From the NCBI RefSeq assembly GCF_006345805.1, contig NC_043010.1, forward strand, positions 45,942,001 through 46,006,000: 64,000 nucleotides of DNA, in the 5' to 3' direction. The translations under genes and the position numbers were made by a program. Positions 27,241-40,029 of this stretch are shown piece by piece (within the stretch, counting starts at the first letter, position 1; each line of letters begins with the position of its first letter). The notes under the pieces were generated by a model that worked only from the letters and a program-made list of their open reading frames with translations, searched no databases and was not told where the DNA came from. The DNA comes from Octopus sinensis. Lineage: Eukaryota.

Positions 27241-28039
27241 TCTTTGTCTTTTATCTTTTACTTGTTTCAGTCATTGGACAGTGGCCATGCTGCAGCACCA
27301 CCTTGAAGGGTTTACTTGAACAAATCAACCCCAGTACTTATTTTTAAGCCTTGCAGGCATAGCTATATAGATAGGAGGCTTCGTTCTCAACCACATGGCT
27401 TTGGGTTCAGTCCCACGGCATGGCGTCTTGGGCAAGTGCCTTCTGCTATAGCCTCTGGTCAACCAATGCCTTGTGAGTGAATTTGGTTGGTAGAACTTCT
27501 GTTGTGTGTATATGTGAGTGTGAAAGGATTTGTGGGTCCTTTGATATATTGGAGGCACGTATTTTATCAGGCTCCTTTTTGCAAAACTACTAAATTACAA
27601 AGATGTAAACAAACCAACACCTTTTACCAAGTGATGGTGGGGTACAAACCCAAACACAGACATAGAAGCGTGCACACACACACACATACTGAGCTTCTTT
27701 CAGTTTTCATCTACTAACTCCACTCACAAGGATTTGTTTGGCCCAAGGCTATAGTAGAAGACACTTGTCCAAGATGCCATGCATTGAGACTGAACCTGAA
27801 ACCATGTGGTTGTGAAGCCAACTTCTTACCCCACTGCTATTTTGCTGTTGTCTTTTTTGTTATGTTGTTTCAGCTACAAAGGCCACAAGTGGTTCTTGAT
27901 ATCTGCAGCCAAATTTGGTCTTTGTCACACAACCTCAAAAAGAAAAGTTTAATCCTTTTATCACCATGTTTCAGTTGATTTTGAAAATTATAAAGAATTC
28001 AGTTAAATAACTGTCATTATTAAGCTGGTATTTGGAGCA

Positions 28040-28677
28040 ATAAAAGTAAAGGGTAAAGACCCCCTTCGGTCATGAATGACCATGGGACTGAACCCAGAAA
28101 GTTTCCCTCCAAGGCACAAAACCAGGTAAGGTTGTTCATGGAAGACCAACAGTTGCCCATATATATCAGCCTCCCCTCTCCATGCTACTGATGTTAACCA
28201 AGGGGAAAGTAAAGGCTGATACAGCTTGGCACCAGTGACATCATAACTCAACGTGCCAGTTGCACATAAAAGGCACCATTTGAGTGTGATCATTACCAGC
28301 ATTGCCTTACTGGCACTTGAACCCTGTGCTAGTAGGGTGCTAAGAGCACCATCCAAGCGTGATTGTTGCCAGAGCGGCTAACTGGCCTCCTTGCCGGTGG
28401 CACGTAAAAGTCACCATTCAAGCGTGATTGTTACCAGCGTCACCTTACTGGCACCTGTGCCGGTGACATGTGTAAAAAGATTCGAGCAAGGTTGTTGCCA
28501 GTACTGCGTGACTGGCCCCCATGCTGGTGGTACGTAAAAGCACCCACTACATTCTCGGAGTGGCATCCAGCTGTAGAAACTCTGCCAGATCAAGATTGAA
28601 ACCTGGTGCAGCCATCTGGTTCACCAGCCCTCAGTCAATCGTCCAACCCATGCTAGCATGGAAAGCGGATGTTAAAC

Positions 28678-28705
<28 letters not shown>
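28040..28705 (+). mobile_element. Composite: antisense 3' half of a CORE-type SINE joined to a family D hairpin-array retroposon
   Basis: 28050-28250 matches 51625-51805; the join is at ...CAACTCA|ACGTGCC, followed by four modules and a (GAT)n tail. Confidence 0.75.
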
Positions 28706-28709
<4 letters not shown>

Positions 28710-29599
28710 CAACACATAGCCCAGTCTGGAAATCAAACTCATTACCTCACGATTGTGAGCCCACACTTTGGAGCGATACTTCACCTAAAGTTTATTGGAA
28801 GGTTTTAATTTTGATAACTTTAAAACAGTAAGTTTGCGTTATAGAACTAAGAATGGTGTCAGGCAGAATCATTGCTTTATCTGTTAATATATTGTAAGTT
28901 GTTGCTACTTCATCATCAAAATGAATGAACTGAAATGAATCAGGCATGGCTGTGTGGTAAGAAGCTTGCTTCCCAAGCACATGGTTCCAGGTTCAGTCCC
29001 ACTGCTTGGCACCTTGGGCAAGTGTCTTCTACTATAGCCTTGGGCCAAACAAATCTTTGTGAGTGGAGTTGGTAGATGAAAACAGAAAGAAGCTCAGTGT
29101 GTGTGTGTGTATGTGTGTGTGTGTGTGTGTGTGTTTGTCTCCCTGCCCCACCGCTTGACAACCAGTGTTGGCATGTGTATGTCCCCGTAACTTAACAGTT
29201 TAGCAAAAGAGACTGATAGAATAAGTATCAGGCTTTAAAAGAAATAACTCCTGGGTTGGATTTGTTCGACTAAAAACTCTTCAAGGTAGTGCCCCAGCAT
29301 GGCCACAGTCAGATGACTGAAACCAGTTAAGAACCAATAGTCAATACTTCTATGTTTGAAATAAACATCCCTATGACCATCCCCTGCATCACACACCAAT
29401 ACCCACCAGCACCACCACCACCACCACCAATACCTCACCACTCCCTGTAATCCATATTCTCAATATCAATAACAACCACTGATAAATTACCATTATCCAT
29501 CCCATTAGCTGTTCCTAATACAAACATCAACACAACTCCTACCACCTAAAACTTGTTCCTACTATAAGTGAAAAAAAAAGGACAGCACAGTCAGGTTTA

Positions 29600-29820
29600 T
29601 TTTACTATAAACAGTCACAGGACAAACCAATCAGGTTTTACCTATGTAGCAGTAGTCACGTGTTTTTGCTCGCTCAAAGTCATTCAGCTGCTGACAACTG
29701 TGGGTGCTGGAGCACATAGAAGTAAAGCGATCGCTGCTGACAACTGTGGGTGCTGGAGCACATAGAAGTAAAGCGATCGCGGTCATTTTCATTTGCCTGT
29801 TGATATAGCTACATGTAAGT
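29600..29820 (+). promoter_or_regulatory. Candidate promoter and non-coding first exon (possibly of the RDH-like gene)
   Basis: CpG-retaining, apparently non-repetitive island: TATAAA 29606, CCAAT 29627, GTCACGTG E-box 29655-29662, TCATTC initiator-like motif 29680, no ATG in 29682-29814, donor GTAAGT at 29815. Confidence 0.5.
29687..29780 (+). repeat. Perfect 46-bp tandem duplication
   Basis: GCTGCTGACAACTGTGGGTGCTGGAGCACATAGAAGTAAAGCGATC occurs twice (29687 and 29733). Confidence 0.97.
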
Positions 29821-29899
29821 AACATCATCTATATGTTTTGTTTGGGCGTACATGTATGTGGTATGCATACATATATGTATATGTTGTACTCTGTGTGAG

Positions 29900-30150
<251 letters not shown>

Positions 30151-32602
30151 TTAGCTTTTAAAGTTATGTGAGCAGACCCCATATAAGAATGGAAATGTGG
30201 ACATTGAAACAGTGATGTTGATGTATATGTGTGTGTGTGTGTATGTGTGTGTGTGTATGCACATGTTGTTTATGTTATATAAGATACGCTGTTTATGTTC
30301 CATATTTGTGTTTGTGACAGTGAGAGTGTATGTTATATGCATGTATGTCTGTGTCTATGTCTGTTTGTTTGTTTGTGTGTGTGTGTGTCCATGTGTGTCT
30401 AACATGTAATTTGACATTATTATTATCTCACTGTTTACTAAACATATCCAGCTATAATAATGACCCAAGCAAGCCAAAGAGGGTCTCTGTAGGTAGTCAC
30501 TTGTTCTGCTAGAAATAGCAGCCAAATCCCTCAAATAACAGCCTACTGTCTAAAAAAAGGAAGGGCACATTTGTTAATGTAATGCTAAATATAGAAAGAA
30601 ACAAGATGATCAAGGTTGGAATGTTCCTGATCTTAGGGCTTCTTGATTAGCGTCGACCTGGGCCTAAACTACAACAATAATCCAGGCATTAAATTAAAGA
30701 TATTTCTCTCTTTTGTTGGCAGAGTGAAGTGCAATGGGTGTTTATTCATGACTTTCCAATAAGCATTATAAATTAGTTTCAAATTTTGTCACAATGCCGG
30801 CAAGTTTGGGGGAGGTGAATGTTGATTACATTGATCCCAGCGTCCAACTAGTATATATTTTATTGATCCCGAAAGGATGAAAAGTGAAGTCAACCTCAGT
30901 GGAATTTGAACTCAGAACATAAAGACAGACAATATGTCACTAAGCATTTTGCCTGGCATGCTCACGATTCTGCTAGCTCACCATCCTGAAAATGCATTAC
31001 ATATTGATTAACAATAATATTAGATATTATTAGAATCACTAACTTGATCCAAAAGAAAAGAAAAACTAGGTCACTCATGAATCCTAGCAACTACAATTAG
31101 AAATTGTAGCATTTATCAGTCCATAATTTTGTAAATAATGTCACATTTCTTATTTCTTTATTGCCCACAAGGGGCTAAACATAGAGGAGACAAACAAGGA
31201 CAGACAAAGGCATTGAGTTGATTACATCGACCCCAGTGTGTAACTGGTACTTAATTTATCAACCCCAAAAGGATGAAAGGCAGACGAAATACCCCTAAGC
31301 ATTTCGCCTGGTGTGCTAGCGTTTCTGCCAGCTTGCCACTTTCATAATGTCACATTTCTTGACATATAAGCTGCATTTTTCTACAAAGAAAAATGTCTTC
31401 AAAAAATTATCTTGGGTTTACTATAAACAGTTGTCCCCAACTCACCCAACTGTTCCTGTTTCTTTGATACAAACTTTCTATATAAAGTGATCTAAATTAA
31501 ACTTCCCCATTAAAATTCCATTTTTGTTCCAATTACCAGTTTAGTAATGACTGAGATATTTTTGTAAATTCTTTATTATTTTCAAAATTAATTGAAATAA
31601 AGAGAATGTAGTTCAATAGAAATATGGTAACAACAGGGTTAAAATCATTTTTCCCTAATTAAGCGTGGCTGAAATTGTAGTGCATCAAATATGCTTGACA
31701 GTCTTTTATAGATCTTTTACTCTATCAATGGGGTCCCAATGCAAATACATATATCCTTTTTCCGGTGACAAAAAGTCACTGATCTCGAAAAAGTGTAAAC
31801 AAGCAATAATAAATCTCTGCAATAATGGCCAATCAGACTGAAAGATCATTTCAAAAGCAGCCAACAGTATTCTTAAACATAAAAAGAAGTGCTTAAAACT
31901 ACTAAAGGCAGGAGAAATCTATTAGATATGTATGAACTGTACTTGGTTTCAAAATCCCAAAAGAGGCCATTGAAGGACCTTTCATTGACAAAATGTATCT
32001 ATTCACTAGTTATATCAGTATCCAGAAGTGCATCCTTACTGGCACTGTTCTTAGAAATGAAAATGACAATTGTTGTAAGAAGAGATTATTTCCACTTTGT
32101 AAAGAAATAGATCTGAAAAAGGCATAAAAATGTGTCAGTGTATATGAGTCCTTGTTTTAGAGGTATATAAACTGGAGATGTTCTGACTATGGGTGAATGT
32201 AGGCCACTGAGAAAGACAATATGATTCAATGTTCTGAAAGTCTGAAAAGGTTCTTCTGGTGAGGAACCATTCTCTAACACTTTAGCATTTAAACTGGCCA
32301 CATCCAGCCAAAATACTCTACTTGTTCTATGTTCAAACTGGCCAGATCTGGCCTCTGCCATCTACCCTATAATGTCATTCTAAAAATAAACAATCATAAT
32401 GAAATCTGAAAGCTACAAGATAAAGCATGTTTAATTGAAAACAATGTGAATAAATAAGCAATACATTTGGCAGAATAATCTGCTAAAGGGTTAAATTCTA
32501 TTGGGAGTTACAGCAATGAATTTGTGAATCCTTGAAAATGAAAATATATTTGCCACATTTTTAACTGATTCGTTTAATAGCAGATGAAGAAATATTTACA
32601 AT

Positions 32603-32798
32603 ATTGTGAGATACAAATAAGATGATAATTTATTTTCAAAATACATAAATGTTGACAGAACAACAGAGATTGGATAAGATATCCATACAAAGCTGAAAAT
32701 TTTTTTCCACTTTGTATGGATATCTTATCCAATCTTTGCTGTTCTATCAGTGTTTATGTATTTGAGAATAAATTATCATCATATTTGTATCTCACAAT
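32603..32798. repeat. Palindromic MITE-like fold-back
   Basis: Arms 32603-32692 and 32710-32798 at about 90% reverse-complement identity; TA at both ends. Confidence 0.9.
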
Positions 32799-33169
32799 AC
32801 ACATTTCAACGCTTCTGAAACAAACATTAGTTTGTTTACATTTATTGTAATAAAATTAAAAATATTGCTTAGTTCTTGTTTTATTTTTTTTTTCTTAAAT
32901 ACTTGGGCCGTAAGTTAATGGAAAGCTTCTGGAGTGTCATATCTGAGTCATGGGTCCGTGCGTATCATGCCAGGTCGATGATGGAAAGGATGGCTTCCCT
33001 TTGCAAATACTGATAGGGCACAGAAAGTGTGTCATAAGCCAGCTGGAGAAGATGTTCTCCTGGGGCTACAAGCTACAGTAGCATCTACCCTCAGTGGTTA
33101 GCCACATTTAAGTGGCAAATATACTTCACATTGTCATGCAGCTACTGTTTATACCTCGTTCAGAGATTT

Positions 33170-33342
<173 letters not shown>

Positions 33343-36300
33343 TAAATTAGAGACAAAACCACTATTAGGCAAATCAAACAATTAATTAATATAATATTTT
33401 ACTATAAAATTGGATTCAATCCTAAATCTGATTTCTCCCTGTAAGTTTGAATTTATTCCCTAATATTTATTATATGTATATATATATATATATATTATAT
33501 ATATATATAGGCATGGCTACATGGCAAGAAGTTTTCTTTAACCATTTAACATTCAGATTTCTCTGTCAAATATAATGTTTGTTTATTTACATTGTTTTTT
33601 AATTAATCATGCATTATCTCATAGCTTTGAGATTTTGATTATGTGATTGTATAGTTTTAGAATGATATTGTAAAGCAGATGTGAGAGACAAAATCTAGCT
33701 GGTTTGAAAATAACATGCATAGGATATTTGGGCTGGATATGGCTGGTTTAAATGCTGAAGGGTTAAAACTTGAAGATTATATCATAGAACCTAGGGTAGT
33801 TTGAAGTTAGTATCAAAAAGGTTACTCAGTTTTCATCTCTTTAACTCCCAGTATCCCTTGCAGTTCTGTTTATTATTACAATGAATAATTGGCAAATGCT
33901 AGTGCTGTGTACTTCTACTGTGAATATAGCTTGCACCTGATTGTTGTCATAGCTCTTTCAAGCTAACTTATTCCAGTTACACTCTAGAACTTAATGGGTT
34001 ATGCAAATCTATTATACTAATGTTTAAAGGTGACAGAGATTAGTTTAAAGTTTTCTATTAAGTATAAAGGCAAACTTGTAGAGAATAGAGATTAAATTGA
34101 TTACCTGCATTCTTATTAAAATTCTGGTTTCAAATTTTGGCACAAGGCCAGCAATTTCAAGGGAGGGAGTAAGTCAATTACATCAACCCCAGTGTTCAAC
34201 TGGTACTTATTTTATTGACCTCGAAAGGATGAAAGGCAAAGTTGACCTCAGCAGAATTTGAACTCGGGATGAAAAGACAGAGGAAATGCCCCTAAGCATT
34301 TTGCCCACCATGCTAACAATTCCTCCAGTTCACTGCCCACATTTTTATTATAACACTGGCACCTTGAGGTATGAAAACAAGATTAAACCTGGAGAGGTAT
34401 GAGTGTAAAACTGTGAGGCTCTGCATTAAATATTGTTATAGGAATTACATAGCATGTTAGTTATCCTTTAAATTCCATTACCATAGGATTGTTATACTAT
34501 GATGAGTCTAAAAAGCACATAATATATTATGTTGGAGGCTTTTTTGACTGAAAATTTGTAATTTCATACCTATGCTTTTGTGCTGAGTCATATGTTACAC
34601 AACACATTGAAAAGTAGAAAAATATTTTTAAAAACTACATAAACCTAAATAAAAACCAAATAAATTCTATCCACAAACCTGAAAGATTAGACACCTGTGA
34701 GCACAAAGACTGCCTTAACAATGGAATCGGGCAAAATGTCTAATTTCTGTATATGTTTCTGTGTAGAGATATACACTTCTAAATGTGTGAAAATTTACCC
34801 ATTAATGTCATATGACCCAATTTTTAGAATAACAGTACCCATTCAAAGATGAATGCGATAAAAAGTAGAAAAACTAGACTTATTTAAAAATAAGTATATT
34901 TGAAACAGTTGAAATGAAAAGAAAAGAAAAGAGAGTAAAAAACTTTGTTTGGGGGATTTCACAATCATTCTTTTATAATCATTCAATGAATTTTTTTATA
35001 GCGTTGAAAATTATTAGTTGATAACAAGCAATCAAGTTACTGTGTGTCAGTAACTAAAGATAACATTCTCACAAAGCATAGTCAATATATAGAAAATATT
35101 AATATTAACAATTCATCTTTCATACTTTTGAGGATCAATAAAATATGTACCAGTTGATCATTGAGCTGATGTGATTGACTTATCCCACTCTCCAAAATTG
35201 CCGGCCTTGTGCCAAAGTTTGAAACCAATATTAACAATTCATATAATATTTAGATGTGTTAATGTAAATACTAATATATCTACTAGTCCACTTCTTTCCC
35301 ACTTTATTTCATCCATGCAAACAGCACTACTGGACAATATGGATCCCATCATTTTCTTTTTGTTATTGAACACTGTTGGCTTAGCTGTGTACTTACTTCA
35401 TTTCAGCTGAATCTTATAGACTCTATTTTTATGTACTTTGGTCTGCTTTTACATGTAACTCTCAATGTTTCAGTAGTTAGGAGGCCTTCATGCTTTAAGC
35501 ATTTAACTTTGTCCTGAATAGTTCAATGTCCTTGGCTGATGTAGTTCCTATCTCACCACAAGTAACTTTTGTACCTATAGTGCTTTCTAAGTCCCTATAA
35601 CCACCCTTTGCTAGCTTCAAAACATTTTATGCGTATTTGTCTAGTTAGTATGAAAGCAGGACTGAGAGCTGTTACAAGATTGATGGGTTGGATGTGGTGC
35701 TGATAAGAGAGCAATAACCCTTGAAATATGCATATACAACCATTACCTATTTTTCTCTCTCCTGTCACATTGTATACATAGACATATTTGTTCATGAAAT
35801 GTGATAACTTCCAGTACTAGCTCTGAGTTGTATAGAAAGTCTATAGAGAAAATCTTAATTACAAGATTGGTAAAGGGTAAACCATCTTGTTACTGTCTCC
35901 TTAAGATTTGTATCACTTGTAACTTTCACACAGCTTTCTTTTTGTTGTTTTTTTTTTCTGTGACTTAGAATTTATATCAATATTATATTTTAAAGAAAAT
36001 TTACTAAATTTGCCCAAGCCTAGCCTATGTCCAAAACTGTTTACTTTTTAACATCATGTTCTTCAAAAAACTTCACTATCACAAAACCAACCCCTAGCAT
36101 TTTTTATAACTTCCAGTTAACAGATAGGGTTACATGCTTATTCACTTTATTATTATTAGTAGTTTCCCTTAAGGTGATGAACTGGCAGAATTATTAGCAT
36201 ACCAGACAAAATGCTAAGGAGCATTTTGTCCATCTTTACATTCTGAGTTCAAATTTAATCGAGGTCAACTTTGCCTTTCATCCTTCTAGTGATTGATAAA

Positions 36301-36881
36301 TTAATTACCAGTTGAACACTAGGACCGATGTAATCAACTTACTGCTTCCCTCGAAATACCAAAATTTGAAACCATTATTAGTTTCCCTTGAAGTCATTAG
36401 GTAAAATACAAGTCTGAAAGATATCACTGAAATATCAATTAAAATTGCAACAAATGTGTTGTATTTTGTTGGTATCTATTTTCACAATGTATGCTGTGCT
36501 CTCACACTGAACCTTCTAGTCTGGCATTAGTATTAATCAAATTATTCTAAGCAAATTTAGGCTACTTTAACCTGACCTAAGCTTAGTTTCTGTGTGATCT
36601 GAAAACAAATTAATGCATGAATAATTTTTGTGAAAATCATTTACAATTTTGTTGTGTCTTGGAAAAGTTATGTTGTCAATATTAATAACACATGCACAGG
36701 TTCAATTCCACTTCTTTACTGTTTGTCAATTAATTAAATATCTATTCAACTAACAAATCAAATGCATATATACATACATATATATATGCATGTATATATA
36801 CAAATATATATATGTAGGTATGTACATATATGTATGTATATATGCATATATTTATATATTATATCCTGTACCCATATATGC

Positions 36882-36927
<46 letters not shown>

Positions 36928-37382
36928 AAAGGAATATATTTTCCATATCGGCTAACCCTGATGACTGTAAGGTTATATAGTCAGATTGCTACCTAACACT
37001 CCATTGTATTCTTTACACAAAACCAATTGGTAAGATCAACCATGATGGATATTTAATACTATACATTTCAGATAGTATACCCATCCTACTGACAGATATA
37101 CAAGTGCCTCCTTTCCCTGAGTTATGGTCTTGTTTTTGTATACATTTGATGCTTTCTTTCAAGGAATTTAATGCTCTTAGCTTAGTTTTTCCTTCGGGCT
37201 GGCCAGATTGGAGCAATCTCAAGATTATTCAGCTGAAATTGCGAGGATGATCTGGTTCTTGACTGAGGATAAAAAGCTTTGAATGACCCGTCCTTGTTTT
37301 TTGTATCGTCTATCTGGATGTTTTGTTGTCCCTTTTTGTATCACCTAGCTGTCCAGGTGTTTTGTGCTCTTGGCCCATTTTG

Positions 37383-37422
<40 letters not shown>

Positions 37423-37678
37423 GGTTGACCAAACATCACTTGACAGTAAATCAAAACCATTTAATTCCTAGATTTATTTATGTTTAACAACTGAATGAAT
37501 TTAATAAAAGCATCTAAATATGAAACATCATGAAAATTGTTCAAATTGAAGTCTTTGAGCAACACATTTTCCCACTTGAGTCAATACAGAATTACAGATA
37601 GTATTTATGGAACTTTGATTTACTGTCATATTGTTTGTTTTTCTGCTTTTATGTTACAGTTTGAGAATATTCGAACCA

Positions 37679-37835
37679 ATGTGTGACACAATGTGCCCAG
37701 TGTGCCTTTTTGTTATTGGTTTGATAATTGTGATCTACCTCCTTGTGTGGGTCTACGTGAAGTCTACTCGAAGGCATTGCACATCAGACGTTGATCTCAC
37801 TGGCAAGACTGTAATTGTTACAGGAGGAAATAATG
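37679..37835 (+). CDS. Retinol dehydrogenase-like SDR (RDH11-14/SDR7C group), coding exon 1
   Basis: ATG at 37679; MCDTMCPVCLFVIGLIIVIYLLVWVYVK (hydrophobic signal anchor) then DLTGKTVIVTGGNN; donor GTAAGT at 37836 (phase 1); acceptor TTACAG ending at 37659 implies an upstream non-coding exon. A second in-frame ATG at 37691 could be the true start. Confidence 0.92.
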
Positions 37836-39126
37836 GTAAGTTGAACAGTCCAGCCTTTTTACTACTACTACTACTACTACTATGACAATGACAATGACAA
37901 CTACTACTGCTACCACGACCACTGCCACCGCTGCTGCCGCCGCTGCTGCTGTTGCTGTTGAGCAAAGCAGTCTTCGTTCCATTATTGGGAGAAGTCTGAA
38001 ACGTGGTCCTTTGCTATTCATAAGACCCACAGAAGAGAGAACAGGTCAACCCCCCAACATCGATGGATGGATGAATGCGCATCCAGGCTCAGCGGTTGCA
38101 TGGGAAGTCGGAGACAAGAAACAAGAAGAAAGAGTGAGAGAAAGTCGGAGCGAAAGAGTACAACAGGGGTCGCCACCACCCCTGCCAGAGCCTCGTGGAA
38201 CTTTAGGTGTTTTCGCTCAATAAACACACACAACGCCCAGTCTGGGAATCGAAACCATGATCCTCCAACCACGAGTCCGCTGCCCTAACCACTGGGCCAT
38301 TGCGCCTCCACTTGCTGCTGCTGTTGCTATTACTGCCAGCCAATCTAGGCATATGCACAAAAGCAATTGAAACATCGATGGTGACAAATATTAGTCCCTA
38401 CCAAACTAATTTTATTGAAATTTTTTTGCATCCTCCAACTATCCCCCAATAAGGGGTTTCTAATTCAGGCATAAGGCCAAAACATTTGAGAGTATATGGT
38501 TAGTCAATCATATTGATCTCAGTACTTGACTGGTATTTTATTTTATCAACCCTTCAAGGAAACGAGACAAAGCAAAATGTGTGTGCCTGTGTGTCTGTGT
38601 TTGTCCTCCTGCCATTGCTTGACAACTGATGCTGGTATGTTTATGTCTCCATAACTTAGTAGTTTGGCAAAAGGGACCAATAAAATAAGTACTAGGCTTA
38701 CAAAGAACAAGTCTTGGGGTTAATTTCTTTGACTAAAACCCTTTAAGATCATGCTCCAGCATGGCTGCAGTCAAATGACTGAAACAAGTAAATGAGTAAA
38801 GAAGAATAGATACATACATACATCATCATCATCATCATTTAATATCCATTTTCCATGCTGGTGTAGGTTGGGTGGCTTGACAAGAACTGACTAAGCCAGG
38901 AGCCACACCAGATTCCATATCTGTTTTGGCTTGGTTTCTACAGCTGGATGCCCTTTGTAATGCCAACCACTTTACAGAGTGTACTGGATGCTTTTTTATG
39001 AGACACATATATAAACATATTATATCTAGAGCTACATTCTTCTGGTAAGTCAAAATAGTCTGATCTGAGAAAAATCTGGCTGTTATTTCTTGTAGCTTAG
39101 ATGACCACACAGAATTTCTTTATTCA

Positions 39127-39526
39127 TCTCTATATATATAAACGGCAGTTTGTCTGTCTGTGTGGCTGTCAGGTTGTACCCTCACCCTGACCACGGCTTT
39201 CAACCGATTCTGATGAAACTTGACACACACATAGCCCAATGTCATAATTCAAAACTAACGCAGCGAAAATTTTAAAAAGTTCCCCCAGTTCTGAAAAAAA
39301 TTGATAGATTCGACATGGGGTCGAGAATCTAAGCTTTTTATATGCAACACATTTTCTGTCGGGAGACAGCTAGGAACATCATATACATAGAAGTATTCGA
39401 GTGAAGAGAAGACATTGCAACCTACACATGCGCCTTCGTTCCCTAGAGGGAAAGAACTAGATTGGGATTAGTCGTTGCCTACTAGGGGCTCTTACATACC
39501 CGGGCAACGCCGGGCTATGCTGCTAG
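39127..39526 (+). mobile_element. Complete non-autonomous Helitron (400 bp) in RDH intron 1
   Basis: A|TC start, (GTCT)n, 3' hairpin CCCGG-GCAACG-CCGGG (39499-39514), CTAG|T end; inserted between A and T with no TSD. Confidence 0.92.
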
Positions 39527-39607
39527 TACTTAATATACCTCATATTTTCTAATGAAATACATTTCCATTTATTGAATTATTCTGTTTCTGCATGTTCTTT
39601 TTATTAG

Positions 39608-39847
39608 GACTTGGTTACGTTGCTGCACGCGAAATAGCTTCTCGCAATGCCCGTGTTATTCTAGCTTGCCGAAATGCTGAAAAAGCTAAAGCCGCAGTGG
39701 AAAAAATCATTTCAGAAACTGGAAAGAAAAACGTGGTCTTCATGAAGTTAGATGTAAGCTCTTTAAAATCTGTGAGAGAGTTTGCTAAACAGTTCCTGAA
39801 AGAAGAAAGTCGACTAGACATTTTGATAAACAATGCTGGTATCATTA
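39608..39847 (+). CDS. RDH-like SDR, coding exon 2
   Basis: Acceptor TTATTAG, donor GTAAGT at 39848; completes TGGNNGLG (TGxxxGxG) and encodes VILACRN, LDVSSLKSV and LDILINNAGII. Confidence 0.95.
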
Positions 39848-40029
39848 GTAAGTTTTACCCATTTCTTTTATTACATTTTCCTAAATCTTCCCTGAAAAAA
39901 AAAATAAACATATTTTCCAGAATATACTATGCACTCTAGCATAAGATGCATCTCTGTTTTACAGGAATATTCTATGGAAAATATTTTTTAGCATGTTTCA
40001 TCATGCACATATTGAAAAAATTATTAAAA

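Noticed and set aside
28255-28560. CRISPR-like repeat/spacer array
   Set aside because: The variable parts recur in the same order in other copies, there are no cas genes, and the context is a eukaryotic retroposon.
35171-35410. Hydrophobic ORF as a possible second gene or exon
   Set aside because: It begins in a SINE B tail, has no recognisable motif and no convincing splice partners.
36955-37000. CTGATGA followed by a hairpin
   Set aside because: No GAAA follows the stem, so the hammerhead core is incomplete; the surrounding 36950-37390 repeat remains unclassified.
37631-37678. Extended N-terminus from the TTG start in the ORF track
   Set aside because: The segment reads as a polypyrimidine tract and acceptor (TTACAG ending at 37659); the first ATG is at 37679.
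37882-38223. Poly-T/poly-A (Thr/Ala) ORF downstream of exon 1
   Set aside because: It consists of trinucleotide repeats running into an antisense SINE within intron 1.
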